From NCBI GenBank assembly GCA_965649825.1, contig OZ287709.1, positions 186,001-250,000 of the forward strand: DNA of 64,000 nucleotides, given 5' to 3'. Under the pieces are notes generated by a model. The model was not told the DNA's origin and made no database searches. It saw only the letters and a program-made list of their open reading frames with translations. The translations under genes and the position numbers were made by a program. This DNA comes from Penicillus capitatus. Taxonomy: Eukaryota > Plantae > Chlorophyta. Every line of letters starts with the position of its first letter. Positions within the stretch are counted from its first letter, which is position 1. Positions 36,930-50,427 of the stretch are shown here, piece by piece.

Positions 36930-37212
36930 GGCAGTGATAACTATGGACGCCACTGCCTTTGTAAAACGCTGTGAGACTGACTGAGATCTGTAAACGGAGA
37001 TATCATCCTCGACGTCGACCGATCGATAGAAATGCCCCCAATCGACTCAAAGAGCTCCTTTCCCTGCCCGTCTCTAGAGGGAAGCGGTGTGGTGGCATCC
37101 TCCTGTCACATCATGTTGTGATGGATGGCGGCGGAAGAGAGGCGAAGCGTCGACGTTAATAAATTTAAACAATGTCTCATAGCAGATGGCGTGACAGACA
37201 GCACAGATATGG

Positions 37213-38871
37213 TCACGCTCGAAGGGTCTTGACTTTCATGGAGCGTCGTTGTTTGAGCTTCTGTTGTTTCTCCATCCATTTCTGCTGCTCTTCGGGAGGC
37301 AGACGACGGATGCGTTCCATTTCCGCCTGATATGTCACAGGACTCAGGGATACCTCACCTTTCATCAAGAGAGACGGCATCTCACTTTCTGCTCCTCTGC
37401 TTTCTTCTGCTGAAAAGCTTCTTTGCGTTCCTCTGCTCCTTCTTTCCAGAGACGTTCAGATTCCAACGCTCGATGCTTCTCTGCTCTCTAGAAGCACAGA
37501 TTTCTGTCTGCGCCTAGCCGCCTAACCGTTCTTCACCTTTTTCGTCTCCTGGGAAGGAACGTATTCGGCGACGAGATCGATCAGCAGAGGCACCAGTGCC
37601 ATCCATCTGGACAGCTCCTTCATTCTGCCGGCAGAAAAAGTCCGCGCGCCGCCAACTGGAAAGATGGACGGACTTCTCTTTGGAGGGAAGGTTGAACGAG
37701 AACTTGATCACTTTCTTGTGTGAACCCTTGTCATAGTCTGAAGTGATATAAATATAGCGGAAGTATTTCCCATAGACGCGCTCAAAATCGGGCGACAGGA
37801 AGACACTCCTCACTTCAGGTGTCTGTCAAGACAGAGAGTGAGATCACACTTTTGGTCTCGATGCCTACCATAAGGTCATAGAAGACGTCTTGCGACTCAG
37901 TCCATACATTGACCTTATCCAACGGCCATTTCGACATCTGTTTCACCGAAATCTCGTGCGCGTAGATTCCGATGTCGCCGTTCTCTCGAAGCAACACCTT
38001 GAGCTGCTTTGGCGAGGCCAAGACGACCACCATCGGTCCCATATCCACCTCATTCATATACACCTACACCACCACGCATCTCGCCATCCCATGTCCGTCC
38101 AAAATCCGCAGACATCGATGTCGAGTGTGTCTTGCTTGGCAGTGAGGGTGCTGAAGGCCATAGATACCAAATCTTGCCTCGCCTTGAGGTCGAGGGTGGC
38201 AAGCAGTCCTTGGCAGTAACGCCGCCCACTGGCATAGAACTTGAAAATGTTGTGTGTCTCTTTCAGCATCATCTCTTCCTCCACATCGTCGACGCCCAAC
38301 AAGGCGAAGTTCTTCTCGAGGATGCTGCCCTCTGAGGCGAAGGCGTCGGTCCAGGCCGCGGCGATGCTTTCGTTCAAACGCTTTCCAAACATGATGTTCA
38401 CCAGATACCCAACCAAAACAAAGAGGGCTATCAGCTCCTTGGTATACGACTCCTGCTTCTTCCAAATCGATCGCTTGCGTGAGACGCCCGGTTTTGCATC
38501 GCGGGTCCATTCCTCACGTGATGAATGCATCACCGTCTCGAATCCTGCTATCAGTTTCATGGCCAAGACCATTCACCCTTCTCGTGTGCACCTTCGAATT
38601 CGTCGGTGTCGAACAAGTTGGGACGGCGGACGGGCGGAGTCGTCTCTCGCGTCTGCGTTCGCTGCGCCGTCGCTTCATCTGCTCCACCAACGCCTCCATG
38701 AATCTTGTCAAACAGCTCGGCTTCGACATGGCTCGTTATCTCGCCAACGGTGTCCTCTTCGTCTTCTTCGAATCCTTCGAGCTTGTCTGTTCCATGGACA
38801 GCAACGAAGGCCATCCATACGAGCAGCAGGAGGCGGCAGAGCCATGCCGAATGCGACGTCCTTCGCGACAT
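37213..38871 (-). CDS. CCDC47: PAT complex subunit CCDC47 (DUF1682), multi-exon
   Basis: Signal peptide, acidic region with FDTDEFEG, KETHNIFKFYASGRRYCQGLLATLDLKARQDL, HKKVIKFSFNLP, C-terminal charged coiled coil ...QKLKQRRSMKVKTLRA*. Confidence 0.88.
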
Positions 38872-38921
38872 CTTCGTTCAAAATGGATGGATCGATCAGA
38901 AATACCGATGATGTGTTTGTC

Positions 38922-40213
38922 ATGGCGGTCTCGCAGGACGACGAAGATGATAGACGTGCAGTGATGACCGTCTATGCTGTCTTTGTAAGCGACCCCTGTC
39001 GCCTGTGCCTGTCAGCAATGCGCTATGTCTGCTTCAGTTCACGGTCTTTATCGGACAGGTCAGTCTGTTCTGCTGGAGGCGATTTCACAGGCGCTCCTTC
39101 GAACTGGTCTGACCCACTCCTCCCCTCACCGCTTCAGAATCGCGATACAGGTGACGTTGATCGGGTTATGGCTCGTGCCTAGTCTGTTTAGCCTCTCCAT
39201 GCATTTCTGGAGATTTCTATCGGTATCTTGCCACCCTACCACCTGACAAAGCCATCGACACGCTGCTCTAGGTGTGGCTGGTCTATTCTGTTGTAACGGC
39301 GTATCTCCTATGGCAGTGCCTGTCCAAAGATCTTTCCTCCTTAACCCCCAGAAGAGTAAGTGCAATTCTTCTGCTGACGATGATGTCACATCAGCACCTG
39401 TCACATCAGGTTTACACCTGGTTTTTTACGGTTTATCGCATCAGCGTTGTCATGGGCATCTGTGGATACGCCGCTTTGCTGATAGAGCTCTTTGGCATGG
39501 CGCCTCTCTTTTTGCTTCTGGGCATTGGAGAGGTTCCAACACTCCTGCTCTGGTATGGACTCTACTTCGGCATCCTTGGACGTGACTGCGCCGAAATCGC
39601 ATCCGATTGGATGGTACGTGATATGCCGTACGATCATTCTGGTCAAAGAGAGGGCCACTGTGCAGCAATCTGGAGTCATGGGAGGGCGGCGACAACTTGG
39701 TGTCGAGATCAATAAATGCGCCATCTGCAGAAAGGACCTGAACGATGTGCCCGGTCTTCCAGAAGAGGTCCCCGTCATCACGCGTCTCCTTTTCCATACA
39801 CTGCACTGTCTTTCAGTCAAGTGCTGAAAAATCTGTCCAACTCAACTGCAAGCACATCTTCCACGAATTCTGCATACGGTACGCTTTTGCAAGCACCAGA
39901 GAGATAAGAGTGAGCGATGGGACAAAGCAGAGGATGGACATTGATCGGCAAAAAAGATATCTGTCCGATCTGTGGAGAGAAAGTGGATCTCAAGGCACTC
40001 TATGTCAATCGACCGTGGGAAACGACCAATCTGACATGGCAGGTTCCTTTCGATATGGACGGTCTGCAATTGCTCTCTGTTCTCAGGATTAAGATGCTCA
40101 ACATCGCACGCTACTTGATCGTCTGGAACCCTCTCCTTTTTCTCGCATTGCACTGTATTTTATATCTTGCCGGTTTCGAAGAACAGCGATCATCCCAGGA
40201 AGGCAGGCTTTAA
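38922..40213 (+). CDS. RNF121: Multi-TM RING E3 ligase RNF121/RNF175 family, multi-exon
   Basis: VTLIGLWLVP...[69 protein letters not shown], PWE. Confidence 0.9.
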
Positions 40214-40248
40214 ACGATAGCGATCTCGGCTGCATCGATGCTGTCACA

Positions 40249-41607
40249 TCAAATGAGGAGCTTGTACTTTACGTCTGATGGAACTTTGTTCAAAGCAAAC
40301 CGTCCGTCGTAAGACAGCGAGGCAAAACTCCAGTCGTCTTTGAGACTCCAACAGACACCGTAGACACTCTCATCGTGATCCGTATACGTACACACCTTCT
40401 TCTCCTCGCTCATGACACTGAGACGGCACGCATATGCCAGAATGAAAAGACAGGTCAGATGCAGGGACCTGGTGGGAGATGCAGCAGCATCGACGGTTAG
40501 CGATACGTCCCACAGAATAACGGAAGCGTCTGATGAGGCGGACAGCAGCAAGGATGGATGGGTTCTATTGAAGGCACAGTCCCAAACCCAATGCGAATGA
40601 CCTGACAGTTCCATCAATGCCTTGTTCAGATTTCTGCATGCAATGGCATTTGGGTGAAGATATCGAAGAGAGGAGGGTGGCAATGCCTGCTATCCCAGAG
40701 CTTCACCATGCAATCGTCTCCGCATGTGGCGATCCATTGTTGACTGTCATCGACGTTTCGCAACGGCATGTCATGACAGTGACTGACGGACTGATGCATT
40801 TTCATGTCCCGTACATCCCACACCTATCATGGCCATCAGCCGAGAGTTGGAAGCAGAGTGGGGGCAGACCTGATAGCCTAGGCCGTTGGTGATATACAGC
40901 ACATGGGGATCAGCATTCGAGACGTGCAGATTAGAGAACTGATCTAATTCCTGCCCCATACCTGTCCCCACTTCCTGTTGCAAACACACCCCGACCGCAT
41001 CTCACTCCAAGATCCAATGACATCCACACCTTCACTGCGCCGTCCAGTACATCCCATGCACGTATTCGTGTATCTTCCAATGTCAGGATGTTTGTTTGTT
41101 CGCTCCATTGAACCCTCCACGTCAGCCTTCGTCCAAGAGTGCCTGATGGATGTGGTGTTCGCACCTCTTGACAGTCGTCTCGTATTGTCCGACATCACAG
41201 ATCTTCTGCAGCCGGTCCTCTCCGGTCAACATATGCCAGAGCGTCACACCAAATCCCGATCCTTCATGGGCCATTCACTCACTCCCCTCTCTCATCTGAC
41301 ATCCGTCACTTGAGTTGTGTGCCGTCACGATCTTTGTGGATGCGTCAGGGGATAGAGCAATGTCCCACACTTCGTCTGGATGTACATAGACGACGGAAGA
41401 CGTCAGTGCGTCACTCTTCTCGTCATACTCCACAAGACGAATCTGCGGTCACTCTTTTCGCAAAGCATTTCGAGGGAGGACACAGTGATGTGACACTTCG
41501 TTCTCTTCTCTGAGACTATTGGTCGCCGCAATCCATGTGCTCCCTTCGGAAAAGGGAAAGGGACGGAGGACACGCGATTGAAACTTCAGTCCGAATGTTT
41601 TCGACAT
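40249..41607 (-). CDS. EIPR1: WD40 protein EIPR1/TSSC1, multi-exon
   Basis: MSKTFGLKFQSR..., HPDEVWDI, GHSHWVWDCAFNRTHPSLLLSASSD, HDESVYGVCWS..FASLSYDGR..KVPSDVKYKLLI*. Confidence 0.88.
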
Positions 41608-41703
41608 GAAACGTCACAACTGTCCTTTCCGTTACATCCCCATGCCCTTCACACTTCCTGCCTCACAATAATGTTAACAGATGGCGATCATGCAGCTGTC
41701 TAT

Positions 41704-43758
41704 TCAATAAGCCGAGGCATTGCTCTTCATAGCAGCTGTTGCTTTCTCCAGTGCAAGTGCTGTCCAATTGTTCCACTTCTGCGTAATCTCGCCTGCCACA
41801 TTGGCAACTTCTTCATTCGGATGGCGGCGCAGTGCCGAAATGGGCTGACCCAAAGAACTCAACTCCAGCAGCTTTAAACACGACTCCTTCCTGGAAACAG
41901 AAAAAAAGTGACGGCTATCTTTTGTGTGACACAAAGAGCGTAAACGGACTGTTGAATATCTTGCAGCAGTTCCAGGAGTTCGTGCGGATCTGTCTTGTCA
42001 TTGTTGTCAGTATCAAGTCCTCTAGGACCAACGGTTAGCTTTTTCCTAAAACAAAAAAGAGTGCGTGAGAATGGAAACGATGTGATAGGTACCTCCAGTC
42101 ATAGAACATGTCGATTTCTTCAGAGGATGGTTTTCGCAGAACCCAGCGCGTCAATTCTGCATCTCCAAAAATTGCTTGCATCTCATCTATCTTCGACAAC
42201 ATCCTAAATCTCACACTTTATCACACACAGCCTTATCAAATCACACAAAGAGGTACATTCGCCGTTTGGACGATGAACCCTCTGGCAAGGAACTGGAATA
42301 ACACTCCTGCATGAAAAGTGTGAGATAGAGTGAGTAGGAAAAGGGCAAGAGGGACTCTGCTTCGAATGGCTTTGTCAAGTTCTTTCTTCAGGAAGCGTTC
42401 TGGCGGTTTCTCAGACTTGCCCACACACCATTCCATCCATGCAATGACGTCCAAGCGGTCATCAAATATCACATCATGATCTGGGATGACGCAACGGTAT
42501 CGGGAACTGAACACACAGGTATCCTCAGACATGACCTCCTCACACTTTAAAAGAGTGACCAATCGTCTTGAGTGCCGCCACATATCACAAGGCGTTCTTG
42601 TCCTTCTGCATCGACGAAGTAGAAGTTCTCAGATTCTATGTCACCATCGATCCCCTTTTCCACACGATAGTCACAGTACTCCCTGTACATCACTGCATTT
42701 CGCTCTTTTGAATGAGACTTCTGATGTGACTTGTTAAAAGAAGGGCGTTGCAACGTCTTGCCCGATCGGTTTAATGGCAGACAAAAAGAAGAACCGTCAG
42801 CCGGTCTCTCGATTCCTCGAACGGCGCCCATGTCTTCCAGCCATGCACGCACCAATCTCCTGTTCTTGCATTTGAGTGGAGGATGAAATCCTTCCACCGA
42901 TTCGTAAGTGAAATGTCCAGTTCCACGAGGATCATTTCCCTATGCCGTCACACACCTACCTCATCTCGGTCATCCAGACGTCACGTCAACCCACAATTAA
43001 AGCCAGCTTCTCGACACCTTCGGTATCGTAAACGTAGAACAGTACTTTTTTGGCATGAGATCCGTCGGCTTGACGGTCACAGCTGAACGCGATGTAAGGA
43101 CCCGGCGAATCCGACGCCTCCACAATAGATGATCTAAGTCAGCGAATGTCGTCGGCGGCATAACGAGATGATGTGTGTATGACGTGTGTGAGACGTCAAC
43201 ACTGTCGTCTTGACGTTCTTCGTAAAAAGACGACTCGAGTTTGCCGTTCTTGAACTGCAGGCCGCATCTGCATTCGCATTCCTGATATCGGCTGTCAAGT
43301 ACGTGACAGTATATCTACCTGTTGCAGAGGTTCGCGGAGAAATCGCCGACCTTCCAGCCGCGCCGCCAGCATCCAGCAGTCGAATCTGTGCCGCATTTGG
43401 CGCAGGTGTTCGGCAGCGTCGGCTTTGTTCCGCAAAAAATTGGCAAGTTCGTGTCCGACATTGAGATAAAATAGATGAACGTGATCTTGCTGTTCAACAG
43501 AGACGTACGAACACACAGCATCGATCGCGAAAATTATGCGCATGACTTCATTGACTCTCTCGTTCATACCGTCGACCGCTCAATCGCTCTCCCGTCCATC
43601 TTCTGCGGCATATGTCGTTGAACGCCCGACCGCGAGGACATGAGGATCACCCTACTCACTGTACAAATGATAATTCGACGACCCGATTTTGAGCGTTTGT
43701 GCGCATCAGATGTCACTGAGACATCACTTTGCGAAGGTTTAAAGGATCTGTCTGTCAT
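41704..43758 (-). CDS. Protein with C-terminal TFIIS-N/LW domain and two copies of an uncharacterised beta-rich domain, multi-exon, 5' part tentative
   Basis: C-terminus LLELSSLGQPISALRRHPNEEVANVAGEITQKW (TFIIS-N). Two internal similar units: FYVYDTEGVEKLALIVG..RLVRAWL and FYFVDAEGQERLVICGG..RLDVIAWM. Intron phases are consistent when spliced by hand. Confidence 0.6.
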
Positions 43759-44107
43759 ACCAGAACACTCACGCTCGTTAAGTACTAAAAACGAGGAAGA
43801 AGTGCGGGGTCGGCATAAAGCGCAGAAACACGACTTATGCGTTCAGTTCAGCGTAATAAGCGTGACATGTAGACATGGCTAAAGGGACAGAGATACAAAA
43901 AGTGAGTGCAGTCATCAAGAACGTTCAAAGAAAGGTGTCACACTAGTTAGGTCATGGACAACAGTTGCCATCGCCTTAGTTGACTGTCGCACAGTTCGCC
44001 AGTGTCTCCGACGCCAAGAAAGACGTCGTTGCGGTTGCGGCAAACCATTAAGTGGTCTCGTCCTTCTGCTATAAGACAACCGAAGCGGCAGGCACATCTC
44101 ATGTCTT

Positions 44108-44197
44108 TCATCGTGATCCGTTTATCATAATGCAATCCGTTTTCTGCGTCTGTCATCGTGGTCCGTTTATCATAATGCAATCCGTTTTCTGCAGCTG
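44108..44197. repeat. 45-nt tandem duplication
   Basis: tcatcgtgatccgtttatcataatgcaatccgttttctgcgtctg followed by a near-identical second copy. Confidence 0.9.
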
Positions 44198-44579
44198 TCG
44201 TCTCCGACGCTCTGCGCAATGATGCCAGATTGCCGTCACGTCGAAACAGTTGGAAGTGCCGATTCATTCCTAAAGAAGCAACTGGAAGTTCTAACAGAAC
44301 GCCGTTTTATCAGAATGTCGTTGTGGATGCATCTGTGCGTTCGGCTTTCTCGAATTCTTTCCTGCTTGCTGCCTGAACGAACACCTTTCGGAAACAAAGA
44401 GAGTTTGAGTTTCTTCTCGAAAGATCGTCGCGTTTCTGCAAACTGTGAGTGACTGAGACGCTCACGATCGACTGACGCGCGGAGAGGAAAATCAATCAAT
44501 CGAGTTGTTTGCAGAGAAATGTTCTTCTGCACAAAAAACGGCTACTGCTGCTAGAATTGCAGCTGCAAAAGGCGCTGGT

Positions 44580-47183
44580 TCAAGGAGACAGGAGTCCAAT
44601 GATCGCCTTTCGGACTTTGTCTGAACACTTGGCATTCTTGTCTTTGCAGACAAGGTCGAGCGGAGTCGCAGCATCGTTATCCATGGGCGTCTTGATTGCC
44701 CCAGCGTCTACCAGAATCTACCAAAATACCTCTGAGGAAGAGCGACGCCAGTTGCGGGTTACCTTAGCCATCAAGAAACGACCATACAAAGCTGCCAAAT
44801 GGAGTGGCGTCCTTCCGGCCGCATCGAGCACTTCGATTTCTGCACCGTGGTCGACCAGCATCTTTAAACATTACTGGCAACGCAGAAAGCCAATCAGAGA
44901 CGACTCACTTTGGTGATCTGGACTCTGTTATAAATTGCAGCGACGTGCAGTGGAGCGGCGCCATGAATATTGAAATTGTTGAACTTCGCGCCAGCTTCAA
45001 TTAAAATCTTCCTCGCACAAACAACACCTGTACTTAAGAACCGATGCGGTGCGAAACGCACCTTCGCAATCTGCGCGTATCCGTTGTAGATAGATCCTGT
45101 CAGCGGAGTCCAGAAATTGTTGTTATACGTTTTTAGGTCTGCCCCGGCTTCGACAAGAATCTACCGCAGATGTGTCCAAGGTAGAATGTGAACAGATAGG
45201 AATAAAGCGACCTTTGCAATATTAGTGTGTCCATTTACTGATGCTTCGTAAAGTGGAGTCCAGCCGTTGTTCGCGATAGTGTTCACTTCCGCGCCGTGCT
45301 CGACAAGAAGCTTTCGCAGTCTTCAACAGATAATCGGAAATACAGAAAGGCATTACCTGTACGACGAAGTTGAAACGTTTTACCGTTGCCAAGTAAAGAG
45401 GTGTCATGCCGTCTGCATTGATAGCATTGATGTCCGCCCCATGGTTAAGGAGAACCTGTTCATACAGCGAATGCTGCAACACTGAAAGAGGTCTCGCCCA
45501 CTTTGAGGACTGCGTGTCTATTGTGGTTTGCTGCCGTAGCCAGAGGAGTAACTGCTAAAGAATCCCGGCTATCAACTCTGGCACAGTGCTTCAGCAAAAC
45601 CTGCAGACCAGAAGCAGTTACAGGGAACCAGAGAAGAACACATCTGTGTGGCGACATCTATAGATTCTGCACAGGAGTCCCCGGATTTACCTTGGCGCAC
45701 TCCACGGCGTTGAGCGTGGCGGCTGCGTGAAGGAACGTCGAGCCAGTCGCTTCAGAAAGATCCGAACCCCCTGCCGATCCATAGGGGGTGTCAACATACA
45801 GACCATTCAGGAGAATGGCCTCGGCGTCAAGGCAGTTGTCTGTTTTCACGGCAGCAATCATCGCCTGCGCAAAACGATCGTATGACACTCGACTGGCAGC
45901 GAGGCTTACCGAGATCAACTCTGCTTCCGATTTCCCTTCGTACGCCTTCTTTTTCTCCATAAGCTTCTTATCGTAACCTCGCCCTCTATCGACGCACAAC
46001 GGGCGCCTTGCGGTTGCACGTGATGAAGATAACTGCGTGCGCTGCTTTGTTCCCAATGTGGGATAGGTGTTGACAGTCGACTCGATCCAGTCGAGATAGT
46101 AGTCCACTTTTGTGTACACGACAGACTCTTCTCTCGAATTCTGTTCGGATCCTTGCAGCGCATACCCAAAGGATGCAATTCCCACGACCGAGTCCCGGTG
46201 CGCCATCCCGACCGTCGTTTTTTCGTCGGTGGCGCCGTCCGCCGCCCATATCAAAGGACCTCCCGATTCGCCTGTCAAACAGCGTGCATGAAAGACGCGA
46301 CAGGATATCATCCGGATAACCTTTGCCTACGGTCTGTCGCAGTGATCTCGCGCAGATCCAACTGTCCGAGTCGATGCCTCTCAGTCGCTCTTTGCACTCG
46401 CCTTGGTCGACCACGACGAGACGGTCCGCCACGCGCAACGTGTTCGCGATGTCGTCGAATTCCGTCGTTGCCCATCCGGCGGCGGCAAGGTCATCCTCAG
46501 AAAATAGAGGCACGTTGCCGGAACCCAGACTAGGCAGAGGCAGGTTAGCGTCTCTGTCAAGCTTCAAAACAGCCACGTCGTGCCCGCCGGCGACATCACC
46601 AGTCCACGCCGGATGCACGTATCCTGCCACCGCGTTAAACACCTGCGTCGACGTCGCCGTATCGTGTGCCGTCCGGGGAAACTAAGCTCTTGCCTTGTCC
46701 TTTTCGCTGTCCGTGGAGCCATGTGTCCCGCAGTCGACGATGGGGGTCAGGCCAACAGAACCGTCGACTTTCGGATCCACACAGTGCGCCGCCGTCAGAA
46801 CCCAGCCTTGGCGGAAAAGCGCAGCTCCGCATGTGTGCGCGTGGCTGCTTCGTTCTCTCAGGCTGCAAACGTATGGAAACCTACCACTCGAAGCTTCCAT
46901 TCCTCCCTGCCGGCCATCATCTAGTCGAGTTAATGCGACGGAGATTTCGCGCAGCTTACCGCCTTTTTCGCGTAGACGGTCGCAGCTGACGCGGTCTGCA
47001 GGTAGTCGCCGTTCAAAGCTACACGCACATAAGAAGGCGCTTCGCGAAGATCGGCGTTTCGTTTTCCGCACCTTTGCTGGCGGCCGATGTCTTCGGCAAG
47101 AGCAGCAGCAAGCATGTTGCCAAGTTCAGCAGCGCAGCCGTCGAGCTGCATGCCTGCTTAGAAGACCAACGAAGTTCGAACAT
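44580..47183 (-). CDS. Secreted S1 (trypsin-like) peptidase fused to C-terminal ankyrin repeats, multi-exon
   Basis: Hydrophobic N-terminus (AALLNLATCLLLLLPKTSA), GRFPYVCSL, VLTAAHC, GHDVAVLKL, KG|ESGGPL, VYTKVDYYLDWIE, then about seven ankyrin repeats (six on 99-nt exons) and tail TPLDLVCKDKNAKCSDKVRKAIIGLLSP*. Confidence 0.88.
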
Positions 47184-48769
47184 TTTCTCCGACGCGAAAT
47201 GGGTCCAAGATGCGAAAACAGTCAGCTAAATACCCGATCGCGTGCTGTACAAGAATGATGTCGCGTCATCTCTAACGCGAACTGATTCATGTTCTCAATG
47301 CATGTGATCGCTCTCTCGTAAAGTCGCCTTCGTGTCCGTCTACGCTCTCGTCATGCTTCGAGCAGCAGAACGCCCTCGCGCCAAAATGCGCACACGCGAT
47401 CGACAAACTCGGCGTCTGCCGAAGGACTGTTCGTCGAAGAACATGATGGCGAAGATGTGACAGCAAGTGTGGAAGTGGGGCAGCATTCCAAGCATTGTCT
47501 CCTCCATTAACTGCATGATTCAAGTGACTGCAGTTGCGGATGGCCTTCAGAGAGGACGGTGACGAAGATACAACGGTAAGAGGTAACAGTTCTGTCACAT
47601 TGTCTTGAACGTTATCTCCAAAGATCATTGACCAAGAACGCATATCCATTTAACACCAGCCAGAAGTGCGAACAACACCAGTTATTGTGTGTTTCCGTTG
47701 GCGTCGAAGGCACACAACCATCTCGATAGGTTGCGTAACGTCGGCAAAGAGTTCTATTAAGGTCAAGAGTTGTCTGTCTATAGAACGGCGTTGTTACAGA
47801 ACGGCGTAGTGAGTTTGATGGGACGGCGTCATGTGTTTTGCTTCCGTCCGTTACCCTCCCTTGTTGTCGTGCGCGCGGCGCGCATGCGGATGCGAGGCGG
47901 CGGGAAACGACGAACGAACGCGGATTAATGTTAATGTTCTTTCTGATGTCCATTTCGTAGTGTCTTCGCTACCATGCCGACATTTTCAATCCATCACTTG
48001 TCACAAAAACGCTGTCGCACTTTAGTCGTAAAGAACACAAATCGCCTTCCAAGCATTCTATCTTCTTGTTCGGGCACACTCTTTTTGCTTCAATGTCTTC
48101 GGTAAAGCTGGGAGACCTATCGCGAAGGTCAAATCGGTTGGCTGGACATCTATGTTGACAAATTGATCATAGACGATAAGAATGGTGGACTGCGTGTCGG
48201 GAACAAAGGCTCTCTATAAACTGCAGGGCACAAATGCAGGTTCTGGCGACAGCCAAGGCTCATTCATCAAAAGCGTGACGAGCACATAGCGCCTTAAGAT
48301 ATCTCTGGAAAGATGAGCGCCAGAGTCACGGCGTAGAAACGTGTGGCGTCGTTTCGTCATCGTCGCACGTTTCATGGGGAGACTATGCGTCTTGTTGTGC
48401 AGCTCAACTCCATCTTGTCGAATGTTCCACAGAACCCCGCCGTGATTCTCCAGTTACGATTCCGAATAGAGCATGGTTCGACAACAACGTGTTCCGGCTG
48501 CGGCGTGTTACGACATGAGATTTGTGTGACGGTTCGTTCTCGTGCGGTTCGAGTGACGGAGATGATAAGAATGCGTCTGACTGGCGCCACAGGATGCATG
48601 CGTGAGTATGGATCGTGACTCCCAGAATTGACACTGACAGCGCGCAGAACGGCCGTTTCTCACGTACGACAGAGATTTTACTCATGACAAATCTAAACCT
48701 TTAAATGCGTTGCGAAACTCGAGCACGGCAGATTTACTGCCTTTCATTCTTAGACTTCGGCCGAATCGA

Positions 48770-50427
48770 ATGCCATTCCGACTCGACATCGCCGTGGCCC
48801 TTTTGGGCCCGTTCAACTTCGGTAAGCACAAAAATGTCTCTGGTTGTCATCCAGAGTCGAGTGTTTCGTCGACAGGCTTGGCCATGTCCATCATGAACAC
48901 GATGCTGGAAGCAATCTCAGATGATCTGGGAATCGAAGAGAATGTCGGCGGCGCTGTGGCGGCCGCCGCCCTTTACGCCGGTGCAGTTATAGGCGGTTTC
49001 GTCGTCGGTCCCTTCGAGAAGTGCTGTGGACGATTCGTACAGTTCTGGATCGCCTTTCTGTATCTGCTGGCGAGTCTTCTCTGTGGCCTGACGACCGACC
49101 ACAAAATCTGTTGGGGTGGGCCATTTGACGGATGTGTGCCTTACATGCTGCTATTTGGGCGAGTGATCTCCGGTGTCGCATTCGGATTCTCGATCGTCAT
49201 TTCGCCAAAGTGGAGCGAAAGGAAATTTAAAGCTCGTCAATAATCTGTGCTTAGGTTCTTGGTCGCTGCTTCCGAGCCAACGCAACGTGGCTGTCTCATG
49301 GCGTTTGTACAGGTCTGGGATTTTATTAAGATTTCCCAGATGGAAAAGTGTCTGCAGGTCGTTGTTGCCACGGGTCAGTTTCTTGGACTGATTATCGGCC
49401 TCCCGTACGAATTCGACGACGCATTTGAACTCCGCTACGAATGGTGGAGAACCATGTTTCTCCTCATGTGTCTACCCGCAATTCTCCAGGTACGGTCTCA
49501 TTCATCGCCTAGTACATCTCATTGGTTCTGCAGGGCTCACTGGCACTCTTAACGTTGTACCGTCAATCTATGATCGGCGAAGTGCGTGGCCCGGTGTGCG
49601 AGTCCGTCGCCGTTCAGATGCCGGAGTGCGAAGAGAAGAGTCAAGAAACGGGTCACCGCTCTTCCGCATCGACCAGCGAAACGCATCCAAATGATAAAGA
49701 AGACGATTCGGAGGTGGCGGATAGTGGAAAGGCCTCTCCGTCACAGTCCCAACGCGAAAGGAGCTCTCGTCCGAATCTCAACACCATGCAGCAATTCCAA
49801 TCCATCTTCACAAAACAATATCGCCCGTGTGTCATCCTCGCCATCGGCATCCCCGTCTTCTGCCAACTGAGTGGCGTCAATGTGTTGGTCTCGTACTCGA
49901 CCAAAGTCTTCGAGGATGCTGGAATGGATGCAGCGATCGTTGGCAGTGCGATCTTCGGCCTGGCCAACATCGTTGCAAGCTCGTTTGGCATGTGGTCCTA
50001 TGAGAAGTTCGGTCGGGTCAAAACCACTCGCGTAAGCGTCATTATCATGATTCTCTGTTATTCGATCATTGCCTTGATCGACTTGGCATCGTCGACGGTT
50101 TCTGGCATCGTGTCAGCCGTGTGTGTCACTGTGTTCATTATGGCATTCGTTTCCTCTTGTGGACCCATGAACATCACCTACGCTGCCGAAGTCGTCCCTC
50201 CCGAGATCGCGTCTGTTGTTCTGGGATTGGGCCAGTCACTGTCGCTGATCGTCATTCTTATTCTAGTACTTGTCTTTCCTGGCATACTTGACGCCATTGG
50301 TGCACTGCTTTCTTTCTTATTCTTCAGCGTCGTTTGCATATTTTTCTTAGCTTTCCTCGAACTGTACATGATCGAAACGAAGGGACAAGATCCCGAAGAG
50401 ATCTGGAAGAAATCGACGAGATGCTAA
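48770..50427 (+). CDS. MFS sugar porter ST3, 5 exons
   Basis: MPFRLDIAVALLGPFNF|G...HKICWGGPFDGC...GRVISG...WWRTMF...FCQLSGVN...IETKGQ; same intron positions as ST1. Confidence 0.9.

Noticed and set aside
43947-44532. Minus-strand ORFs containing the 45-nt repeat and KLKLSLFP (TKI1-like motif)
   Set aside because: Similarity does not extend beyond the short motif, and no consistent exon chain was found.
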